From Planctomycetota bacterium (GTDB lineage: Bacteria; Planctomycetota; UBA8108; SXIK01): a stretch of 64,000 nt of DNA. The stretch lies in the NCBI GenBank assembly GCA_965223265.1, contig OZ244999.1, forward strand, positions 6,720,001 to 6,784,000. Reading direction: 5' to 3'. The notes under the pieces are model-generated. The model was not told the DNA's origin, did no database searches, and was given only the letters and a program-made list of their open reading frames with translations. The translations under genes were made by a program, and so were the position numbers. Of the stretch, positions 41,453 to 53,877 are shown in pieces (position 1 is the first letter of the stretch; the number at the start of each line of letters is the position of its first letter).

Positions 41453-42709
41453 TTACTCCTCGAAAAACTCGGCGTGAATCGACTCGACGGCGTCCTTGAC
41501 TCGCTCCTGCGGAATGACGCACGTGAGCTTGAGGTTTGACGTGCTGATCAGATCGATGTTGATCTTTCTCTCCCCCAGCGCCGAGAACATACGCGCCGCA
41601 ATGCCGACCTCCCGGTGCACGCCCTCGCCGACGACCGATACCGTCGCCACCTTGTCGTCGACGCGAGCCTCGCGAGCACCAACGAGCTTGACAAGATCGT
41701 CGAGTTGCGGTTCCAAGCGCGCCATGTCATCTGCGGAGACAACAAAAGAGATATCGTTCTCTCCACCTCGGTGTTCGGACTGCACGATCAGGCTGATGTT
41801 GACGTCCCACTCTCCAATGCGAGAGAAGACTCGGCCCGAGACCCCCGGCTCGTCTGGAACACCAACGAGGGAGATTTTGACGACGTCCTCCTTGTGCGCG
41901 ATTCCGCGTAACGTGACATCTTCCATCAGTTGCAGCTCCTTCGCCTTCTCAGCTGAGCAGACCACCGTGCCGGGCGTCGCGGCGAAACTGGTGGCGACGA
42001 GTAGAGGGATTCCGAAACGCCTGGCGATTTCCACCGATCTCGAATGGAGCACCTTCGCGCCGAGGATTGCCAGCTCCAACATCTCGTCGTAGGAACACCA
42101 CGCAAGCTTGCGTGCCCCAGGTACGATGCGCGGATCCGCCGTGTAGACACCGTCGACGTCTGTCAGGATCTCGCAGTGATCGGCAGACAAGCCGACGGCG
42201 ATGGCAACGGCGCTCGTGTCCGACCCACCCCGCCCGAGAGTCGTCACTTGCAAATCGTCAGTGACGCCCTGAAAACCGGCAACCACCACGATGCGACCTG
42301 CCGCGAGTTCGGCAAGAATGCGCTCCCCTTGAACGCTGCGCACGCGAGCTTGAGTGTGCATGCTGTCTGTCTTCATACCGGCTTGCTGGCCGGTGAAGGC
42401 GACTGCAGGAACACCTGACTCCGTGATGGCCATGGCTAGCAGAGCGGCGCTCATGATCTCGCCGGAATGCAGAAGCATGTCCATCTCGCGACGCTCGGGG
42501 CGACTCGACACCTCGGCCGCAAGCGCGACGAGTGAATCCGTGGTTTTTCCCATCGCGGAGACGACGACGACAAGCGAGTTTCCCTCGGCATGGCGCTGCT
42601 GAACTCGCCGCGCCACGTTCTTGATGTGGTCCGCCGTAGCTACAGAGCTGCCACCATACTTCTGCACGACGATCGGCCGCTTTGTCACGTCGCCTTTCTT
42701 GGCCGACAC
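41453..42709 (-). CDS. lysC: Aspartate kinase (alpha2beta2 type)
   Basis: [33 protein letters not shown], two ACT domains. Confidence 0.95.
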   Translation of the reverse strand: MSAKKGDVTKRPIVVQKYGGSSVATADHIKNVARRVQQRHAEGNSLVVVVSAMGKTTDSLVALAAEVSSRPERREMDMLLHSGEIMSAALLAMAITESGVPAVAFTGQQAGMKTDSMHTQARVRSVQGERILAELAAGRIVVVAGFQGVTDDLQVTTLGRGGSDTSAVAIAVGLSADHCEILTDVDGVYTADPRIVPGARKLAWCSYDEMLELAILGAKVLHSRSVEIARRFGIPLLVATSFAATPGTVVCSAEKAKELQLMEDVTLRGIAHKEDVVKISLVGVPDEPGVSGRVFSRIGEWDVNISLIVQSEHRGGENDISFVVSADDMARLEPQLDDLVKLVGAREARVDDKVATVSVVGEGVHREVGIAARMFSALGERKINIDLISTSNLKLTCVIPQERVKDAVESIHAEFFEE

Positions 42710-42781
42710 GACTTCCTCCTCTTTAGTGAGATCGCCGCACGGCACCAAATCCCAGTTGCCGTGTCGTCGATCAAGGACACT

Positions 42782-43690
42782 TCAATACGTCATGCCAAGG
42801 TAATCCGGAGCGATGATCTGGTAGCGAGCATCGATTTCCCATTTCTCGAATTCTGCGACGCCAAGCTCGCCGAGTCGATTGCAATCCTCGGCCGCGAACG
42901 CTGCGAGTGCTGGTCCAGCACCACTGACGAATGCACCGAGACAAGCGCGCTGCTGGTTTAACGTCGTTAGAACTGAGCCCATCGCGGGCAGCAGATGGAA
43001 TCGGCGCCGCTGGTGAATCTTGTCACCGACACCGTAGATCAGAAAGTCCCTTCGATTCAGAAACAGCCCGGACAGCAAGAGTCCGAGACGCTGCAGGTTG
43101 AACACCGCTTCTGAGCGCGGCACGGAGAGTGGCAAGACTTCACGGGCTTTGCGCGTCGAAATCTCGCGGTCGGGTATGATCGCAGTGAGCTGAATCCCTT
43201 GTGGAACTCGAAGGCTCGTGGCGAGCACCTGTTCGTCGACGACCGCGCTAACGGTGAGGCCGCCCAGGATGCAAGCCGAGACATTGTCTGGATGACCCTC
43301 GACCTTAGTCGCCGCTTCGAGCACAGGTGCCTTCTCGGGAGGATTGCCGTGGGCGATCCACATGCCGATGGCAATTCCCGACGCAATCGCCGCCGCGCTC
43401 GACCCGAACCCTCGCGTTAGGGGAATCTCGTTGTGAATGTTGAGGTGCAGGCCTGATGGGATATCGTCGCCGGCATGCTCAGCAATCATGCGGTAGATCA
43501 AGTTCGAACGATCACGCGGAATCTCGTCCGCGCCAAGCCCCGTGACGTCGATCTGAAGCGAGTCCCCTTCTTCCCAAGCTTCGACTTCGAGGTACATCTG
43601 TAGAGCCAGCCCGAGGACATCGAACCCAGCCCCCAGGTTGGCCGTCGAGCCCGGTACGCGCACACGCATCCTACCGCCAGTCGCGCTCAT
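42782..43690 (-). CDS. thrB: Homoserine kinase
   Basis: [35 protein letters not shown]. Confidence 0.95.
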   Translation of the reverse strand: MSATGGRMRVRVPGSTANLGAGFDVLGLALQMYLEVEAWEEGDSLQIDVTGLGADEIPRDRSNLIYRMIAEHAGDDIPSGLHLNIHNEIPLTRGFGSSAAAIASGIAIGMWIAHGNPPEKAPVLEAATKVEGHPDNVSACILGGLTVSAVVDEQVLATSLRVPQGIQLTAIIPDREISTRKAREVLPLSVPRSEAVFNLQRLGLLLSGLFLNRRDFLIYGVGDKIHQRRRFHLLPAMGSVLTTLNQQRACLGAFVSGAGPALAAFAAEDCNRLGELGVAEFEKWEIDARYQIIAPDYLGMTY

Positions 43691-44796
43691 CGATCGATGT
43701 GGCTCCGCATCGCCTCCAAGGTTGGCTCGATCACCACCGGCAGGGTCGACGACTTGATGGCGCGCTCGGGATCTTTCAATCCGTGCCCGGTCAGTGTACA
43801 GACCACGAGATCACCCTGGTCGCTCGGCCCGCTGCCAGAGGATACCATCTTGATCAGCCCGGCGACGGACGCCGCTGATGCCGGTTCGGCGAAGACGCCT
43901 TCTAAACTGGCGAGCAGTTTATAGGCGGCGACGATCTCATCGTCGGTAACGGAGTCGATCAATCCGTTCGATTCGTCGCGCGCACTGATTGCGCCGTCCC
44001 AGCTCGCTGGTGAGCCGATTCGGATCGCTGTGGCCAACGTTTCCGGATGTTCGACCGGCGCACCGTGCACAAGCGGCGCAGCGCCAGCAGCTTGAAAACC
44101 CCACATTCGCGGCAGCCGGGTCGCGAGGCCGTAGTTCTCTTTGGCTTCCCGGTAGCCGCGCCACGTCGCGGTGATGTTCCCAGCGTTGCCCACCGGAATC
44201 AGATGATGCGTCGGTGCGTCGCCAAGCGCTTCGACGATTTCCCAGGCAGACGTCTTCTGACCCTCGATGCGGTAAGGGTTGACGGAGTTGACGAGAGTCA
44301 ACGAAAGCTGTTCCGCCGCAACCCTCACCAGCTGCAGCGCCTCATCGAAGTTGCCTTTGACAGCGATGACCCGCGCCCCAGCCATCACAGCCTGTGCCAG
44401 CTTCCCCATCGCTATATTGCCGTCGGGAATGACGACGTAGCACGGGACGCCCGCACGGGCAGCGTAGGCCGCCGCCGAGGCTGATGTATTCCCCGTCGAG
44501 GCGCAAATGACTCCCCTGGTCCCTTCCTCGACCGCCTTCGACATGGCCATCGTCATACCGCGATCTTTGAACGAGCCCGTCGGGTTGGCGCCATCGTATT
44601 TGAGAAAGACCTGTGGCACGGAGGCGCCTACGTTAGCCACCGAACGCAGGTGTTCCTCGAGGTGCTCGGCACGCAAAAGAGGCGTGTCCCCTTCTTGCAG
44701 CGAAACGATCGGTGTCGATGCGCTCACCGAAAGGTAGTCACCGTATCGTTCGATGAGGCCACGTTTGCGACCCGCACTGACGCCGTGTTGTGTCAT
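43687..44796 (-). CDS. thrC: Threonine synthase
   Basis: [34 protein letters not shown]. Confidence 0.95.
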   Translation of the reverse strand: MTQHGVSAGRKRGLIERYGDYLSVSASTPIVSLQEGDTPLLRAEHLEEHLRSVANVGASVPQVFLKYDGANPTGSFKDRGMTMAMSKAVEEGTRGVICASTGNTSASAAAYAARAGVPCYVVIPDGNIAMGKLAQAVMAGARVIAVKGNFDEALQLVRVAAEQLSLTLVNSVNPYRIEGQKTSAWEIVEALGDAPTHHLIPVGNAGNITATWRGYREAKENYGLATRLPRMWGFQAAGAAPLVHGAPVEHPETLATAIRIGSPASWDGAISARDESNGLIDSVTDDEIVAAYKLLASLEGVFAEPASAASVAGLIKMVSSGSGPSDQGDLVVCTLTGHGLKDPERAIKSSTLPVVIEPTLEAMRSHIDR

Positions 44797-45050
44797 CCTT
44801 CCTCTTGATGCAATCAGGACCGCCATGCGTTCGCGGCGGCAACTATTTCTTAGCAGTTCGTTGGAAAGTCATTCGGCCAAGAGCCGGGCCTCTTCACGCC
44901 AGTTTGACCGTGTCGATACTCGTCGTCACCAATCTCATCGAGAGGCCCCGCAAGATTACCTGCGTTTACCTGCGCCGATCTGGAGCCACGATCTGGAAAG
45001 GGCCCCGGGTATCGGCTCGGAGCACGTTTTCGGACAGGCTGTCAGCTCCT

Positions 45051-46340
<1,290 letters not shown>

Positions 46341-46747
46341 GATTCTGTCAGCGAGATGTAAAGCTGCGCTTCCTCAGACATCAACCGGTGAAAAGGGTCG
46401 GATAATCCACCACATTCTCACGCCGCAACTCTCCGCCAAGGAAGGCGCGGCGCCTTGCTGGCGCGGCCGATGCGTTGGTGCCGAACGACATTCGTAACTC
46501 TATATTCAACGAAATTTTACACAGCCCTTCCCGCCTTCGGCAGGCTCCAGGGCGGTGGCTCCGAAACGACTGCCGAAAATGTTATCGCCCCGTCACACGT
46601 CCATTGCTCGCAAGATTTTCCGTGATTTTAGTTGCGGCCGATTTGGCCTTGGTTAAGATCTCAGCTGGGCCGGCGAATCATCTCACCCAACTCCAACCCT
46701 ACCCTTTCGACCCAAACAACCTTTGCGCCGGCCCGCTTTTTCCCCCC

Positions 46748-47644
46748 TTAAGTCTCTTCCGTCGTTCGTCCCCCATCGGCCGAGTGTCTCACTTCTGAAC
46801 ACCGCCCCGCTGCCGTGTTCGGCCTTCTTTCGCGTCGACCGCAGTGGTCTCGCCGTGTCGCCGTAACTTTTCCGTCCAGCCACGCCGGCCAGAACGTTTG
46901 CGGCGACACTGGGAATCCTGGCACCGTCGCGCCCGCACGATGCTCGAGCTCGCCTCCCAGCTCATCTGTATCTCGTGAAGTGGTTGAGCCCGTGGCCGCC
47001 TGAATCCAAAGCGTCCTCAAACCCAAACGTCGTGCGGCCAGGATATCGCGTTCCAGGGAATCCCCAACGACGAGAATCTTCTCCGGCACGCAGGCGTAGC
47101 GCTGGATCGCGGCTTCAAACATCCGTGGATGCGGCTTCTCAACGCCAATGTCGTACGAGATGAAGAGTTCGTCGAAAAAGTCGAGAAGCTCAAGCTCACG
47201 CAGCGTCTGCGGCAAACGCTGATCCCAGTTGGAAAGAATTGCCATCTGTACCCCGGTGCGGCGTAGAAACTCTAAACTGGCACGCGCGCCTGGCACCACC
47301 TCCCACGCCGAGGCGCAGCGAAAGCGATCGTAGAGCGCGGCGAAGAGCTGCGGAAAAACCTCCTCTGGGACCGTGTCGCCAAAAGTCTCCGCCACAATCG
47401 TCCGCCACTCGTGACGCAGTATTGCGTCGCTCGAGCGGTGGCCGCGGGCACGACTACGCTGGAGGCTCGTCGCCCAGGCATTAGCGAAGGCGCGGTTCAA
47501 GCTCGCCGGCTCTACGTCCACGCCATACTCGAGGGCGACTTCCGCGTAAACGTCTCCGACCGATGAACGCACACGCAGCAGTGTTCCACCGGCATCGAAT
47601 AGGATCGCTTCAATCGAGGCGGGCGCGGCAGAGATGGATGTCAC
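46748..47644 (-). CDS. HAD-IA family hydrolase
   Basis: FDAGGTL, LSNWD, EKPHPRMF, VGDSLERD. Confidence 0.88.
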   Translation of the reverse strand: MTSISAAPASIEAILFDAGGTLLRVRSSVGDVYAEVALEYGVDVEPASLNRAFANAWATSLQRSRARGHRSSDAILRHEWRTIVAETFGDTVPEEVFPQLFAALYDRFRCASAWEVVPGARASLEFLRRTGVQMAILSNWDQRLPQTLRELELLDFFDELFISYDIGVEKPHPRMFEAAIQRYACVPEKILVVGDSLERDILAARRLGLRTLWIQAATGSTTSRDTDELGGELEHRAGATVPGFPVSPQTFWPAWLDGKVTATRRDHCGRRERRPNTAAGRCSEVRHSADGGRTTEET

Positions 47645-47696
47645 CGGTTTCGTCTTCGTTGTCGCTCGGAGAGGTGTCCGGTTGCTGCAAAGGGAA

Positions 47697-48749
47697 TCAG
47701 GCTGAGTCTGCCGTCGCCGCTTGCCGTACTCGGGAACGATCGTGAACGCGTGGCTTTTCGGGAGTGCTCCGCCAGCGAGGATAAATCCAAATCCACTGCG
47801 TCGGATAGCGGCGAATGTTGTCTTCGAGGATTGTCGTCCAGTGCTGCGTACCGCGGAGCAGGTCAGCTTCCTCGTCATCAGTACGGGGGGCTTCAAAGGT
47901 ATCCGCGAAGATACAGCGGAAGCCGTTCACCGATGCGGCAGACCCTTCGCGTACGAGGGAACAAAAGGCCATGGGCACATTCAGGCGACGCGCCAGCTCA
48001 ACGGGAAAGGTTACGGTGTATGCGGGCTTGCCGAAGAACTCAACAAAAACGCCACTGTTCGTCCGCAAGTCCTGGTCCGGCAGAAGGCCTAGGGTGTGTC
48101 CTTGGCGGAGGGCACGAATGAGTCGACGCGGTGACTCGTCGTTGTAGATCACCTCGACGCCATCCTCGGTGCGCAGGCGGTGCAGAAACTCTTGGTACTT
48201 GCCGAAGTAAGCCCGCTTCGCCACCGGCACGAGCAGCCCCGGTGCGAACCGGCTGAAAAGCAGCGACAGGACCTCCCAGTTGCCGAAATGAGCGGTCAGC
48301 CCAATGACCCCCCTTCCGGTGGCGCGATAGCTATCACGAACGTTTTCAATGACTTCAATCGCTTCAGGGTACTGGGCGCGAAGCCGCTCGTTCGACCAAC
48401 GCCGGAGGATGACCCATTCGATCGCGGTGGCGATCGTGTTGCGGAAGACTTGCCGCACTTGACGGCGGATCTCGGCCTCGCTGAACTCGTTCCCGTAAAC
48501 GCGATAGAGGCTATCATAGGCGTGCCTGCGTGCACCGCGCATACAGAAATAAGCACCAAAGGCGCAGAGGCGGCCAATGAAGAGCCCCAGTCTCAGCGGC
48601 AAGCGGGAGACGATCGCGTGAGCTGTCCGCAAAAAGGCGTAACCCACGTACCGCGACGCGTTTTTGCGCCAACGGCTCCGTCGACGCCGCGGCAGGCGCT
48701 GAGAGGATGGCGTTACAGCTACCGGTGTTGGTTCAACGGCGGTTTTCAT
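47697..48749 (-). CDS. Lipid A/lysophospholipid acyltransferase (LpxL/HtrB family)
   Basis: AHFGNWE, LLPDQ, FVEFFG, YPTQWIWIYPRW. Confidence 0.9.
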   Translation of the reverse strand: MKTAVEPTPVAVTPSSQRLPRRRRSRWRKNASRYVGYAFLRTAHAIVSRLPLRLGLFIGRLCAFGAYFCMRGARRHAYDSLYRVYGNEFSEAEIRRQVRQVFRNTIATAIEWVILRRWSNERLRAQYPEAIEVIENVRDSYRATGRGVIGLTAHFGNWEVLSLLFSRFAPGLLVPVAKRAYFGKYQEFLHRLRTEDGVEVIYNDESPRRLIRALRQGHTLGLLPDQDLRTNSGVFVEFFGKPAYTVTFPVELARRLNVPMAFCSLVREGSAASVNGFRCIFADTFEAPRTDDEEADLLRGTQHWTTILEDNIRRYPTQWIWIYPRWRSTPEKPRVHDRSRVRQAATADSA

Positions 48750-49032
48750 GGAAGCGAAGATTCTATACCCTTGGGTGGTCTGTTGCCAGAACACTTTACC
48801 GGAGGATACCGCGTTTTTCGGTCGTTTCCAGGGGCTCGCGGCACCCGCCTTGGTTCGTTTATCGGCGATGGCTCGCCGCACCTTCAGTCCGACCGTCGGG
48901 CGGGCCGGTAAAACGGCCGCGCGGTGCCAAGAGCCCATCGCGCGGCGGAGATCGCCTGGCTCGCAGAAGGCGTGGCGCACCGATCGCCGCGTCGACTACA
49001 GTCGTGAGTCGTGGAATCTAGGCTGGTGGTGA

Positions 49033-49089
49033 ATCCCCGTAGCTCAGTCGGAAGAGCAGCGTGCCCCCCTAAGGGGGGCAAAGGGGGGT
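49033..49089 (+). pseudogene. tRNA-Arg-derived duplicate or tRNA-like element lacking a T arm
   Basis: 25 nt (49034-49058) identical to the 5' part of the downstream tRNA, followed by hairpin TGCCCCCC-TAA-GGGGGGCA. Confidence 0.6.
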
Positions 49090-49169
49090 GAATCATCGCA
49101 GAACCGATGCTCTGACGCGTTGCGCTGCGGTCGCCCCCTCGATTACAGTCCTAGAAACAGTCCATGTGG

Positions 49170-49245
49170 GTCCCCGTAGCTCAGTCGGAAGAGCATCGGT
49201 TTCCTAAACCGGAGGTCGCAGGTTCGAGCCCTGCCGGGGATACCA
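49170..49245 (+). tRNA. tRNA-Arg(CCT)
   Basis: Cloverleaf GTCCCCG/CGGGGAT, D arm GCTC/GAGC, anticodon loop TT-CCT-AA, GGTTCGAGCC T arm, encoded CCA. Confidence 0.96.
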
Positions 49246-49328
49246 CTTTCGTCCAGCCAGCGCGCAGCGCAGACCACCGATTGTTGGTGACGCCGAAGCG
49301 CGAGATTCGCCTCGCGGAGACGACCAGC

Positions 49329-51368
49329 GTGCCTAACGCATGTTTCGTTTTTTTCATCGCCGTTTGTTGGACTTTTGCGCCAGTGTCCGCGCGGGAAGTA
49401 CGCATTCCCCTCTCACTCAACCATGACACGGACGCTCTCTGCAGCGGACACATAGCCGCGCAGGACAACCTGTTCGTGTTCACGGTCAGCGAACGCGCGA
49501 ACGGTCTCAAAGATCTCAACGGCGATGGTGACAGCCTCGATTGCGTGCTCCATCTTCACGACACTGCGACGCAGAAAACCACGAACCTGAAGCTGACCGC
49601 AAACTTTGTGCAGGTAGTCGACGATTTCGTATTCTTCACGGTGGGCGAAAGATCCCAGGGAGGACGTGACCTCAACGGCGACGGCGATGCCCGAGACGCG
49701 GTGGCTCACCTCTATCGTTTCTCTACAGGTGAGTGCGTCAACACCGGGCTCTCAGGAAGCGTCGCCCACCCCGAGTTCCAGCAGCGACAGTTTGACGGGA
49801 ACTACGCCGTGATCAGCGTCTACGAAAGCGACCAGAAGAACCAAGATCTCAACGGCGATGGCGATGCGCACGATCGAGTGGTCCACCTGTACGACGTTGA
49901 GACGCGTAAATCGATCAACACCGGATTGAGCACCGGAAACTGGGTACTCCTTGCGGACCCCGTCCTCGTGATCGAAGTTTCAGAACGGGACCACCAGATC
50001 GACCTCAACGACGACGACGATCAGCGCGACTTCGTGTATCACGTCTTCGATATCGCCACGAAAACGGTCAACAACCTGAAACTTGCCTCCGACATTGCCG
50101 GGACGCCGATGCAAGCTCGGCGTTACGATCGATTTATCTTTCTTGGAGTGCCCGAGAGGGATCAGAACGGGACCGATCTGACCGGAGATGGCGATGCGTC
50201 TGATCTTGCCCTGTTCGTGTACGAGACAACGACGGGTGACGTAAGAAACCTCTCTCTCTCGATGTGCCTCGGTGAGCCCGACTTTCTGTCACAGGAGATC
50301 GACCGGTCCGTATTCCTGGCGGTAAGCGAGAGCTTCAACTCCACTGACTTCAATGGGGACGGAGACCAAAACGACAGGGTCCTCCATCGCTTCGACTTGC
50401 GAACCGGCGAAATGGCGAACGTAAGAATCTCGGCCGAGAAAGTGAGGACCTATGACCAAGGTCTCGTCCTCGCCCGACACGAGGACGACCAAGACGACTG
50501 GAACAATGATGGAGATCGTAACGATACGGTTCTGCATACTTTCACTCCAGGCGCACCGTCATCGAGGAGTCTTGGGGTCGCAGCGTTCGCATTCTCGGTT
50601 CACGCCACGACGGCTCTCGGTCACGTTTCGGAGGCGTCGCAAGGCTCGATGGACCGAAACGAGGACGGCGATGTTGACGATTCCTTTATGTTTCGGCTCG
50701 ACCTTGACACGGGCGAGGCGGAAGACCTCGGGTTTGAGACTGGGTTGACCCGCGTGCGGCCGCGAGATCGAAGATTAGGGCGCACGGTCAGCCACGCCGT
50801 GATTCAAAGAGCGGAGTTTGCCGTTGGCCATGACGACAACGGCGACGGAGACACCGACGACTTCGTGTATTGGTTGATCGACGCCCAGAATGCGGAGCGC
50901 CGCAACCTGGAGTTCGGCACTGTCGGGAGCTCAACGCGGGCCGGAAACGGCCAGTTGGCCGACGCCGTCCTCTCCGAAGACTGGGTAGCTCTCAAGGTTT
51001 CGGAGCGTGGAAACGGAGGAACAGATTTCAACGGCGACGGCGATTCGCTCGATTTCGTGCTCGATGTCGTCCCCCTGACCGACGTCGGCGAATCAACCTT
51101 TCGTAGGGGCGATTCGAACGCCGATGGCCGCACAAACATCTCCGATGCCGTGTTCACCATTCGACACGTCGCGTCGGGCGAAGCCAGGCCGACCTGTCAG
51201 AAGTCCGCCGACGCGAACGACGATGGTGCGGTAGACCTGACCGATCCTATATTCCTTCTAATGCACCTGTTCGAGTCTGCGCCTCCGCCCCCGAAACCGG
51301 CGAGTGCGTGCGGCCGCGATCCGACGTTCGACCCGCTCGGTTGCGAAGAGTTCCTCGGTTGCCCATAA
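49329..51368 (+). CDS. Secreted protein with ten DxNGDGDxxD repeats and a C-terminal dockerin-like domain
   Basis: Signal peptide after GTG 49329 (the track start overlaps the tRNA); repeats about every 55-65 aa; FRRGDSNADG..DANDDG..DPT.D.LGC tail. Confidence 0.85.
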   Translation: MPNACFVFFIAVCWTFAPVSAREVRIPLSLNHDTDALCSGHIAAQDNLFVFTVSERANGLKDLNGDGDSLDCVLHLHDTATQKTTNLKLTANFVQVVDDFVFFTVGERSQGGRDLNGDGDARDAVAHLYRFSTGECVNTGLSGSVAHPEFQQRQFDGNYAVISVYESDQKNQDLNGDGDAHDRVVHLYDVETRKSINTGLSTGNWVLLADPVLVIEVSERDHQIDLNDDDDQRDFVYHVFDIATKTVNNLKLASDIAGTPMQARRYDRFIFLGVPERDQNGTDLTGDGDASDLALFVYETTTGDVRNLSLSMCLGEPDFLSQEIDRSVFLAVSESFNSTDFNGDGDQNDRVLHRFDLRTGEMANVRISAEKVRTYDQGLVLARHEDDQDDWNNDGDRNDTVLHTFTPGAPSSRSLGVAAFAFSVHATTALGHVSEASQGSMDRNEDGDVDDSFMFRLDLDTGEAEDLGFETGLTRVRPRDRRLGRTVSHAVIQRAEFAVGHDDNGDGDTDDFVYWLIDAQNAERRNLEFGTVGSSTRAGNGQLADAVLSEDWVALKVSERGNGGTDFNGDGDSLDFVLDVVPLTDVGESTFRRGDSNADGRTNISDAVFTIRHVASGEARPTCQKSADANDDGAVDLTDPIFLLMHLFESAPPPPKPASACGRDPTFDPLGCEEFLGCP

Positions 51369-51636
51369 CAGCAGCAGGCGGGCACGAGCGAAAAACACGC
51401 GCGCTCTGGAGAGCTGGTCTTGCCGGCGAGACGACGCGCCTTGATCGTTCTGGCCTGGTTCCGATTGCGTACAATACCGGAAAGCTGCACCATGCACGCG
51501 ACCGCTGCATCTGCCTGCCTCCAGACCCACGTTTGAACTTGACTCCCACCCGCCCTCCGTTTTCACTGCGAGAGTGGACGGGTCGGACCGCGGCCCTATA
51601 GACTGAAATTCCCATCGCAACTTGAGGAACGCGCCC

Positions 51637-52929
51637 GTGCTGCCTGCGACTTTCTCCGCCAAACTGACGCTTCTCGCTATTCTCCTCACCCCCACCCTGG
51701 CGCCATTCGCCGCTGCCGGCAATTGGCCGAATTGGCGTGGCCCCGACAACACGGGCGTCAGCCCAGAGGCTGCACCGGTGAAGTGGAGCCGTACGAAGAA
51801 CGTCGCCTGGAGCGTGCCCCTGCCAGGACCTGCCGGCGCCACTCCTGTGGTCTGGGGCGACCGTGTCTTTTTGACTGCGGCGGAAGGTGACGACCTTGTC
51901 GCTCTTTGCATCTCGACGAAAGGCCAGCAACTCTGGAAGCACGTCATCGGCAAAGGGAACAAAGTCGTTCGCGGTGACGAGGGCAACTACGCGTCGCCGT
52001 CACCGTCGACCGACGGCAAGCACGTCTGGTTCTTCATGGCCAACGGCCCACTCGCTTGCTACGACTTCGCTGGCAACGAGAAATGGAAAGTCGATCTTGC
52101 CGAACGTTACGGCAAGTTCGAAATCCAGTTCGGGCTTTCAAGCACGCCGATCGTCGACGGTGAGCGCATCTATGTGCAGCTCATTCACGGCGTATGGAAC
52201 AGCACCCCGAGTCAAGGGCTCATCGTCGCGCTCGAGAAGTCGAGTGGCAAAGAGGTCTGGAAGCACGTCCGCACCACCGACGCGATCGACGAATGCAAGC
52301 AATCATACGCCTCGCCGTTCCTCTACCGGGACGCACACCGTGCTTTCTTGGTTTCGCACGGGGCCGACTTTGCGATCGCGCACGACCTCGACAGCGGCGC
52401 TGAGGTGTGGCGCTGCGGCGGCCTCAACTCAAAGGAAAAGTATCACAACACCCTTCGTTTCGTCGCCTCTCCTGTTGGCGCCGAGGGACTGATCGTGATA
52501 CCAACGGCCAAACAACAAAAAGTCGTCGCAGTCAGAGTGGACGCACGCGGCGATGTGACGAATTCAAACAGCGCGATCGCATGGGTCATGCCGCGCCAGA
52601 CTCCGGATGTACCGTCCCCTCTCATCCACGGCGGCATCGTCTACCTTTGCCGTGAGAACGGTGTGCTGATCGCCCTCGATGCGAAAACTGGCGAGCGGCT
52701 CTATCAAGAGCGGACCGTCAGCGACCGCCACCGTGCCTCGCCCGTCTACGCCGGCGGGAACATCTATCTGACGGCGCGCAACGGCACCGTCACGGTTGTG
52801 AAGGCAGGCCGAGAGTTCAAGATCGTGGCGCAAAATGAGCTCGGCGAGGCCACCACGGCGTCGCCTGCCATCGCAGACGGAACGCTCTACATCCGCACCT
52901 TCGATCGCCTCTACGCGATCCGCGAGTAG
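51637..52929 (+). CDS. PQQ-binding-like beta-propeller protein (planctomycete BamB-like family)
   Basis: NWPNWRGP, ASPSPSTDG, VPSPL, ASPAIADG.LYIRT. Confidence 0.9.
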   Translation: MLPATFSAKLTLLAILLTPTLAPFAAAGNWPNWRGPDNTGVSPEAAPVKWSRTKNVAWSVPLPGPAGATPVVWGDRVFLTAAEGDDLVALCISTKGQQLWKHVIGKGNKVVRGDEGNYASPSPSTDGKHVWFFMANGPLACYDFAGNEKWKVDLAERYGKFEIQFGLSSTPIVDGERIYVQLIHGVWNSTPSQGLIVALEKSSGKEVWKHVRTTDAIDECKQSYASPFLYRDAHRAFLVSHGADFAIAHDLDSGAEVWRCGGLNSKEKYHNTLRFVASPVGAEGLIVIPTAKQQKVVAVRVDARGDVTNSNSAIAWVMPRQTPDVPSPLIHGGIVYLCRENGVLIALDAKTGERLYQERTVSDRHRASPVYAGGNIYLTARNGTVTVVKAGREFKIVAQNELGEATTASPAIADGTLYIRTFDRLYAIRE

Positions 52930-53044
52930 CCCGCTTCCCGAGGGCCTAGGCGAAACGACGACAGTTGCTGAGCGAGCCGCCGGCCTGCGCCGCACTCACG
53001 GCGCCGCATCGTCAAGTGACTTGAATCCACTCCATCTCTGCGAG

Positions 53045-53440
53045 TCACTTCATCGAGTCGACGAGATGAAGGTCGGCCAAAATGTCTTTGAGTCGCACCA
53101 TGCCCACAAGCTTCCCGTTCTCGATGACCGGGGCGCGTGACACCTTGCAGTTTGCGAGCAAGCGGGCTGTGTGCTTGACGCTCAGGTCGGGCAACACCAC
53201 GATCAACGGCTTCGTCATGACCTCGTACACCTTGACTTGATGGATGTCACGCCCTTTGGCGACGGTCTTGTAGACGACATCGCGCATCGTCACAATACCG
53301 TAGGTGTCACTCTCACTCTGCGGCTCGACGATCAAACTCGAGGCGCTGTACTCGTTCATCATGTGAACGGCATCACAGATACTCGCGTCGCGCGCAATCG
53401 TGTGAACTGTTCGGGACATGATGTCACGCGCTATCGGCAT
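53045..53440 (-). CDS. CBS-domain pair protein
   Basis: ARDIMS, YGIVTMRD, EVMTKP, LVGMV. Confidence 0.9.
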   Translation of the reverse strand: MPIARDIMSRTVHTIARDASICDAVHMMNEYSASSLIVEPQSESDTYGIVTMRDVVYKTVAKGRDIHQVKVYEVMTKPLIVVLPDLSVKHTARLLANCKVSRAPVIENGKLVGMVRLKDILADLHLVDSMK

Positions 53441-53559
53441 AGCGTTCCCCTGAATTGTCTTGCGTCAATGGCGATGGCGAACGTCACAAGCATTGTGTTT
53501 ATCAGTGCTTGTTGATCGCACACAGGCTCTGAATCAGCCAATCCTAACGCAACTCTTTG

Positions 53560-53587
53560 TTGACACAAAGGCCAAGATTCAGATAAT
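53560..53587 (+). promoter_or_regulatory. Candidate sigma70 promoter for the PFOR operon
   Basis: TTGACA-16 nt-GATAAT in an AT-richer intergenic patch. Confidence 0.5.
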
Positions 53588-53877
53588 GATGCAGGGACTT
53601 TCCTGGAGCAGAGTTCGACCCTTGCGGGCCAAGGAGCGACCCATGGATGGCAACCCGTGGATGACCGCTTAGCTCCGGGGAATCGACGCGGCTCCAGAGG
53701 CTCTCGCCTCGGTCCGTCCCGTGCCAGGCGCGCCACCCCGTTAACGGCTGCCGGCAACCTCGAAGCCGAGGTGGCGGCGAGAGGTGAGACGAGAAGCCGG
53801 CGAAGACACGTGAAAGGCCCCAGCGACAACCACAGGCCGGGCTGCTGAATTCGAACGCTCAGCGAGGAACGAACTCT

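Noticed and set aside
49164-49328. N-terminal extension of the 734-aa ORF
   Set aside because: Overlaps the tRNA; the signal peptide starts after GTG 49329.
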